This document shows, piece by piece, positions 1 through 5,886 of a stretch of 6,699 nt of DNA. The notes under the pieces are model-generated. The model was not told where the DNA came from. It was given only the letters and a program-made list of their open reading frames with translations, and made no database searches. The translations under genes were made by a program, and so were the position numbers. The number at the start of each line of letters is the position of its first letter. Position 1 is the first letter of the stretch. This DNA comes from Andalucia godoyi And28. Lineage: Eukaryota > Protista > Jakobida. The stretch spans positions 125,437-132,135 of the forward strand of contig VRVR01000064.1 in assembly GCA_009859145.1 (NCBI GenBank), in the 5' to 3' direction.

Positions 1-579
1 CTTTGGACCGGTGAGCGCGCGACAGGCGTCGTGATGGGGCTGTCTGTCGTCCGCTGGCAGTGGCGCAAGCACGGTTCTTCAAGAACAAGGCGTGAAACGG
101 CGATATCACAGAAGAACACAGGAGTGTAGAGCTCCGTTGAGCAGCTCCTCGTAGATGCAGATGTCAGTGTTAGTGTACAGCATGTGTGTAGCATAAACTG
201 ACCGTTGTGAACGTTAATCCGCGCTTGTTTCTGTGCTCTGAGCACAACGGCTGCGCAAAAACGGAAGACTTGGATGCACAGTTGCTAATGCAGAATCGGC
301 TGAATGCCTGCCAAGCGTGTATCCAATGCACAATCTTGCTTCTGAGAGCAGTCCGTCGATGCAGGCACATGCCGATGCACTGAATACATGAACAGAACAG
401 AGAAAAACTGACATGAATGATGCTTTTATGACCTAATTAATCAAAAAACACAACTCTGCAGGGAGGCAGCCAAAAGCGACGATTTTTGAGATACAAAGAG
501 ATCTTGTTGTGGACGATGCATATATTCGAAATCGCATCTTGGTAACGAGTAGGAACAGAGATATAACAGAATTGCGCAG

Positions 580-650
580 CCATGCGAAATCGAGTTCGCA
601 TGGGCCATTTTCAGGCGAACTCGAGTTCGCCTAAAATCGACTTCGGTCGG
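580..650. repeat. Tandem related palindromes plus a C(UUCG)G hairpin
   Basis: 580-603 CCATGCGAAATCGAGTTCGCATGG has 11 of 12 pairs complementary. 613-632 AGGCGAACTCGAGTTCGCCT is a perfect 20-bp palindrome, flanked by ATTTT(C) and AAAAT. 638-649 reads CGAC-TTCG-GTCG. The shared core GCGAAnTCGAGTTCGC occurs at 584-599 and 615-630. Confidence 0.9.
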
Positions 651-2560
651 CTCACAGGAATTCTCGGCATTGCTGATTACAGCAGCTGTGCGTTCTGCAA
701 CGTGTCGACCTACTACACTCTGGCGTCTCTGATCCTGGAAGATTGCAAGATGCCTCCTGTTTTTCCAGAGTTTGAGTTTGAATACTCCGGAGGTACTTGC
801 ACGGCACCCTCATCTTCGTTTTTTGAGATTCTTCAGTTCCTTACTGGCCTCACTTTTCTGGATGTCTCCTCGAACGACCTGTCTACTGGTATTGACCTTC
901 TCGTCTCCGTTCCTCTGCTATCTTCATTTGACATTCGGAACAACTCCGATGCGCGGAAATCACTGTTTTCCTACACGAATCAGCAGCGTTTCTCATATGA
1001 TCCGACAACCAATTTTCCTTTCAGCATAAGTATGTCATGTGTGCAGGGTGCTATTGGGCGGCTGGCACTTCAAGTAGATCCGCTCTTCTTCAACTTTGAG
1101 AATTGTGTTTGCAGACCTGGATTCTATGGCAAGCCACCAAACTGTAGGCAGTGTTTGTCGAATGCACAGTGTTCATTCACGAACGAAGCCGATATTCCGT
1201 ATGAAAACATGTCGCTTGCATTTCGCGAAAGCGGCAACGTTGTTGCGCGATATGGATACTACGCATCTCCATCAGTGTCCCTGGCAGAAATGATGCAAGA
1301 TCGATCGTATCCTACGGACATCGAAATCTGTGCTCTTGCGGGAACAGATTTGACGCCTTGCGATGCAAACGAAGATGGGCCATGCAAAGGCGGATATCAA
1401 GGTAGACTGTGTTCCGCGTGTTCGTCAGGATACTTTCGATCTGGTGATCGATGTGTGGAGTGTCCAAACTCTGCGGGACTGGTGTTCTTCGCGATGTTGA
1501 TTGTTCTTGCTTCAGTTGGTCTCATCTTCTGGTCTTTCTTTGGTGGTTCTTCGTCTTCTGGTCTGGTTAAGGTGCTACTCTTCTTTTGGCAAGCTCTTTT
1601 TTTCACTCGTACTCCAATGCCCAGTGGACTGTATGTTTTCTCGCACGGAGCTTCGGCGTTCATTACGTCATCACTTGCGGGTCCGGAGTGCTTCTTTTCG
1701 AGCTGGGATTATACTTCGAACTACGTGGTGTCCGTCGCCGCTCCGTTCATTTCGATGGTTCTCGTGGGGCTTATCTGGATTCCGAGATGGTTTACATTGC
1801 GCATGGCATCGATTCAAAAAAGGGAATCGTGGACTGATCGATGCCGCAGATCTGCCATTTTCCTATTCATGTTCTTCTTTATGTCAGCAATGTCGGCCAT
1901 TCTAGCATCCTTCTCCTGCACGACGGACTCGGGGGATGGGAAATCGTACTTATTGGCCTTTCCAAATCAGGAATGCTCCTTGACGTTGCGATCAATATCC
2001 GCTTGTCTTCTCGTATTGTACGGACTTCTTATTCCGGGCACTATGTTTTGTTTCATGTACCGCTGCGGTGTTCTGTCGAAAAATGCAAAATCAGGAACTC
2101 GCAGGATGTATGTTTATTCGTTGTTGTTCGGTTCTTACCGATCAGTCCGACGATGGTGGGAACTCGTTGTGATACTTCGTCGAATCCTTTTCGTTGCTGC
2201 CTACGTCACTATCCGTCCGCTCTCAGCATTTCGCACAACGTTGTTGCGATTGTGCTGGGTGCCGCGGCAAGCGCCCAGGTTGTCGCGGCCCCCTACCAGA
2301 GTAGCATGGAGAACTCCATTGAAATCATCTCTCTTGTGATCCTTCTTGCGAATGTCGTGTGTTCCGTGCAATCTCAAGTGCTGGCTGTTCAAGATGTCGA
2401 CGGAGCGGGCACGGTCATCTTCTTCTTGAACATCTGTTTTTCGGCTGCTCTGATTGGAATGCTCGTCTCGCATATCCGCAGAAGATGGCAAAGGCCGACC
2501 AGTTTGGAAGGTTCAGAAGCACTTTCTGACAACTTGCTCGATCAAAATGAAGCACTGTAG
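582..2560 (+). CDS. LRR- and Cys-rich-ectodomain multi-pass (~9 TM) receptor-like membrane protein, ~659 aa when joined across a 1-nt frameshift at ~2243; start codon uncertain
   Basis: ORF 582-2339 carries LRR-like units (LTGLTFLDVSSNDLS, LLSSFDIRNN; ~840-944), Cys-rich EGF/TNFR-like segments (CVCRPGFYGKPPNCRQC; CKGGYQGRLCSACSSGYFRSGDRCVEC; 1104-1463) and six hydrophobic helices ending in YSLLFGSY..RRWWELVVILRRILF. It turns to nonsense after ...SAFRTTL. The frame of ORF 1841-2560 then supplies VAIVLGAAASAQVVAAPYQSSMENSIEIISL plus two more TM helices, to TAG 2558-2560. The architecture resembles the expanded protist ectodomain-plus-multi-TM families. No signal peptide follows ATG 582. Confidence 0.8.
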
Positions 2561-3043
2561 TTGATCCGACGATCTTCTGATTGAGCCTCGTATCAAAAGG
2601 GCGTGCCACTCCATCAAGCATTTCTGGTGATCCACCTGAGATTGACAGACAGAAAGTCGTTTTGCGAAATGTGAAATCACGCTGGTCTTTTGGGTGCATG
2701 AGAGACAACATCAGCGCTCAACGGATCCCACGACTTCCAAGAGACGTGAAGAAGATATTGGATGTAGATATGGAATTTGGTTGGATAGTCGCAGATCTGT
2801 GCATTTGAAGGTCGAAATGTGGACCTGCTTCGTTTGAAGTATGCACAGCCATTCCATCGAGGTCCGCAGCATCACTTGTCGAGAGCCAGTTCCTTTTGTT
2901 TCAGTGATATTTCCAGACCTTGATCTGCTGTAATAAGCTCTAGGCTCCTTTGAGGGGATTCGCAGGACTCATAGATTGGGCATGGACAAGTTGCTGAGGA
3001 CAATAAAATGAAAGAAAAGCAGCAATTCCAAGAAGACGAGATG

Positions 3044-3057
3044 AAAAAAAAAAAAAA
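3044..3057. repeat. A14 homopolymer
   Basis: 14 consecutive A residues read directly, within an A-rich stretch (~3001-3057). Confidence 0.95.
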
Positions 3058-3093
3058 CGACAGGGAGAGGCAAACAGGGGCCACAGTCTGGGA

Positions 3094-3114
3094 CAAGTCT
3101 CAAGACTCAAGTCT
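3094..3114. repeat. 3 x 7-bp tandem repeat (CAAGTCT CAAGACT CAAGTCT)
   Basis: Read directly. The middle unit contains AGACT, the reverse complement of AGTCT in the outer units. Confidence 0.85.
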
Positions 3115-3316
3115 CTTCGGGCAACCAGCCGGCAGTCAGGAAGCAGGGGATTCGAATCCCTCCCGCTCCCGATTTTGGTTGGCTCCTTTTGCGTTCGTTG
3201 CCGAATAAGTCTGCGATTCTGTACTGCTTACCCAAACCAGTTCAGTCCTTGTTTTTGTGCTTTGTGCAGGATATTCTTCCGTCGGCCCGGTTCATGGCCT
3301 ACACGAATATGGTTCA

Positions 3317-4165
3317 ATGCCTGCCAGCACATCTGTGTACGTTCTTCGGTGCGAGGGTGGCAAGTACTATGTTGGCAAATCGTCCAATGTGAGGAATCGG
3401 ATATCAGATCACATGAAGGATTCGGGAAGTGCGTGGACTGCAATGTATCGACCGCTGGAGTTGATTGAAGTCCTTGCGGAAAGCGATGGGTTTGATGAAG
3501 ACAAGTATGTGAAAAAGTACATGCAGAAATACGGCATTGAGAATGTCCGTGGTGGTTCGTATTCACAACCGGTTCTGCCGCCTTCGTCCATCGAAACACT
3601 GCATCGAGAGTTGCGCACAGCCGCAGACTGCTGTTGGAGATGCGGCCAAGCAGGACATTTTGTCATGGATTGCCTCGCCAGCAATGAGTCTCCCTTGTTG
3701 TTGCATCGACCTTGTCATCGATGTGAATACCATGATCATTGCACGGAGCAGTGCTTCGCCCGCACCCCTCCTAATGATAATGGACTGCAACGGGCGGAAT
3801 GCTCTCGGTGCGGACGAAGAGGTCATTCTTCATTCCACTGCTTTGCAAAAATAGATAGTCCTCTCGATAGAATTGTCTGTTACCGATGTGGTCGAAATGG
3901 CCACTATGCCACGGAGTGTTTTCCGCAAGCTGGTGGCTCGCGTCCGAGTTTCTGTGGCAACAAGGCGTCGCTTGCGAAGAGCTCATACTTCATTCATCGA
4001 GAGCGTCGTCGGGTGGATCCGAGAGCGCACGGAGCACAACATCTCGAATCGTCTGACTCCGGATTGGCGGACCGCCTTCCGTGCTCTTCAAGTCTTCTGG
4101 GAGTGCTGACTGTCTTTCTCTTGTGTCTCGTGTGCCTCAAATTCTTGACAAGTAACAGCGCATGA
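3317..4165 (+). CDS. GIY-YIG endonuclease with four CCHC zinc knuckles and a C-terminal transmembrane anchor (282 aa from ATG 3317; may extend further 5')
   Basis: GIY-YIG motifs: SVYVLRC, KYYVGKS, R..R..DH, FDEDKYV (catalytic Glu equivalent) and ENVRGGSY (Asn equivalent). CX2CX4HX4C occurs at 3632-3673, 3713-3754, 3800-3841 and 3878-3919. Hydrophobic LLGVLTVFLLCLVCLKFL lies at ~4094-4147, just before TGA 4163-4165. The ORF-track start at 3257 is not an ATG. Confidence 0.9.
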   Translation: MPASTSVYVLRCEGGKYYVGKSSNVRNRISDHMKDSGSAWTAMYRPLELIEVLAESDGFDEDKYVKKYMQKYGIENVRGGSYSQPVLPPSSIETLHRELRTAADCCWRCGQAGHFVMDCLASNESPLLLHRPCHRCEYHDHCTEQCFARTPPNDNGLQRAECSRCGRRGHSSFHCFAKIDSPLDRIVCYRCGRNGHYATECFPQAGGSRPSFCGNKASLAKSSYFIHRERRRVDPRAHGAQHLESSDSGLADRLPCSSSLLGVLTVFLLCLVCLKFLTSNSA

Positions 4166-4546
4166 GAACACTTCCAAGAAGAAAATTTCCCAGAACACGT
4201 CCGTTTTTCCTGCTTGACCGCACGATTCCTTCTCTGCCAGTGTTTGACGACGAAAAGCTCTTCACAACTACTGGGTCATCTCAGATTCACCGCCGCCGCC
4301 GCAACCGCATTCAGCGCTCTCACACCAGGCACAGGCTCCGGTGCTGCAACATCGCCATAGTGTGGATCCATACTGATAAATGAAAAAAGGAGAGACAAAA
4401 CAAAGAATGGAATTAGGACAGCCAAATGAAGGCTGGGCGTTGAGCAGCCACGACTGCAGAATTCGGACAGGATTCGCGATCCTTCGATGGATGGAACAAA
4501 ATTTGGCAGCGAGAAATCACCCGAAAAACAGTCGGAGCACAACTGC

Positions 4547-4774
4547 TCAGAGATTCTCCGCATTCGCCGCGCCTTGCTCAATCTGCAGCTCCTTCATTGT
4601 CGCAAGTCTGCAATGAGTTTTGTCATCCACCGCTTCTTCGAGATCCACTCTTTTCATTCCTTCCGTTGATTGCAGTGTCAACATTTCCTTTTCCCTTAAT
4701 CCTTGGCTAGACAGCGGTAGATTTGTGGACAAGTCCGTGGTGGCGTCGATCGACAGACAATTTTCACGCCGCAA
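4547..4774 (-). CDS. Possible small hydrophilic ORF or exon, unknown product
   Basis: Glu/Lys-rich translation (LREKEMLTLQSTEGMKRVDLEEAVDDK) with strongly purine-biased first codon positions. No recognisable domain, and the tracked start (TTG) is not an ATG. Confidence 0.3.
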   Translation of the reverse strand: MRRENCLSIDATTDLSTNLPLSSQGLREKEMLTLQSTEGMKRVDLEEAVDDKTHCRLATMKELQIEQGAANAENL

Positions 4775-4836
4775 CCGCTTGCTGGAAGGTAGTTGCCAGC
4801 TGGGTCCCGCTGTTCATTTCCACTTACCAGAAATTC

Positions 4837-5683
4837 ATGTTGATTCGCCTGTACAACGCAGAATGCAACATCTCTTTTCACACTCCCAACAGGGGACGTG
4901 CATGCTTCTATTGGCCTTGGTTTTTCTGGGTAATTGGTGTTACATTCTTTTCTATTGTCCTTGCCATGCCTGGGCTCCTTAATAATGTAGTCGTGCAGAT
5001 GTTGCTTTCGCTTTCTTCCGTTCATTTTACAATTGTTTGCTTTGCGTGGGGAATTTTATTTGCAATATGGGGGAGAGAGGATGTTTTGAAGTACGGCATC
5101 GCGGGAGAGCGTTCCTGGCTGAAAGAATACTATCTGGCTCTGCTAGTCCTGCTCATGTGTGGACATCACCTTTGCGCAGGTTGTGCCATTCTATCAGTCA
5201 AGTCTGGCAGTGCAAATCACAATCACACTCGCGACAGTCGCTTTCTACTCTTTGCTGTTTGCTTCGTTGTTGTACATTGACGTTCTGTGGTTTGTTTCGC
5301 TTTCGAAGAATTGATTCTCGTTGTTCCAGCTTCGCCTGATTTACGGATGCATTTGCTACTTTCTTGGATCGTGGACTTTTCTGAATTTATTGTTTGAGTT
5401 TTCCAACTTTGCCGATAGCCAGGGCTCGACTTTTGCCTACCGTGTACTATTCTTGGTTGCGATCATTCTGAGACTGAAGGTTTATCCCATTTTGTTTCAA
5501 ATATTCATCCGAAAGATTCTTCATCCTGCACGATTTTCAGTCTCTCTAGATGCACGAGACGTGAATCGTGTGCGGAGAATGCATCTACCGCCGAAGGACC
5601 CTGGCTCGAGAAGCCTGGAGACGCCGTTTCTAGAACCAGCAGACGAGCAAGAGTTGGAATCACGAACATCTCAACGAGCATGA
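4837..5683 (+). CDS. Orphan multi-pass (~6 TM) membrane protein, interrupted (pseudogene, tiny introns or assembly error)
   Basis: The frame of ORF 4723 gives MLIRLYNAECNISF.. then TM-like FYWPWFFWVIGVTFFSIVLAM, VQMLLSLSSVHFTIVCFAWGILFAIWG and YYLALLVLLMC. After ~5161 the hydrophobic pattern continues in the next frame (DITFAQVVPF..ITLATVAFYSLLFASLLYIDVLWF). It passes TGA 5312-5314 into LRLIYGCICYFLGSWTFLNLLF, AYRVLFLVAIILRLKVYPILFQIFI and a polar tail ending at TGA 5681-5683. The start is uncertain. Confidence 0.6.
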
Positions 5684-5886
5684 TGGCAGTCGCGTTCGCT
5701 GCCGCAATCTTTGTAGGCCGCCGCTCCTCCGTGCCCAGCGCAGGAATCGGAAGGGCTGGATTCAGCACGTCGTTCAGAATACGCAACCCGATTCGAAACA
5801 GTTCACCATTGTTGTGCAGCCGGGAATGGTTTTCTCGAAGGGTCGACTTGTTTAGGAAAATGGCCACCGTCCAGATTTCCAAGCGG

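Noticed and set aside
170-414. Two 66-aa minus-strand ORFs and a possible GTCAGT..ACTAAC intron starting at 202
   Set aside because: No recognisable domain, the first downstream AG is a non-YAG, and the spliced product is short and uninformative. Not supportable as a gene.
497-560. NB-ARC/STAND-like motifs DLVVDD and RILVTSRN in the 437-633 frame
   Set aside because: The motifs are only ~5 residues apart versus roughly 20 or more in real NB-ARC domains, with no P-loop upstream and no ATG.
2561-3000. ORFs of 74-98 aa on both strands between the receptor and the nuclease
   Set aside because: No consistent coding frame or motif, non-ATG or overlapping starts, and lengths within chance for this composition.
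3044-3057. A14 as the tail of a retroposed element
   Set aside because: No target-site duplication or element body could be found.
3125-3150. SRP RNA-like words (CCGGC..CAGG..AGCAG)
   Set aside because: The GNRA-capped helix between CAGG and AGCAG is missing and no Alu or other SRP domains are visible.
3063-3171. tRNA (including tRNA-Sec) suggested by GGATTCGAATCCC, a pairing 5'/3' end and TCA triplets
   Set aside because: A occupies the invariant G53 position (A:C mismatch closing the T-loop). There is no D-arm or A-box and no anticodon stem with U33, and the spacing does not fit on either strand.
74-4754. Scattered short palindromes (74-86, 232-246, 4469-4483, 4745-4754)
   Set aside because: They are 10-15 bp, unrelated to one another, and near chance expectation in a TCGA-rich sequence. 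There is no repeat-spacer periodicity, so no CRISPR or REP-like array.
4268-5314. TGA-as-Trp genetic code, since several frames are broken only by TGA (e.g. 5312, 4549, 4614)
   Set aside because: About 1,200 codons of the three clear genes contain no internal TGA and all ~16 Trp are TGG. Two genes appear to end in TGA. TA-containing stops look scarce here, so TGA dominates random stops.
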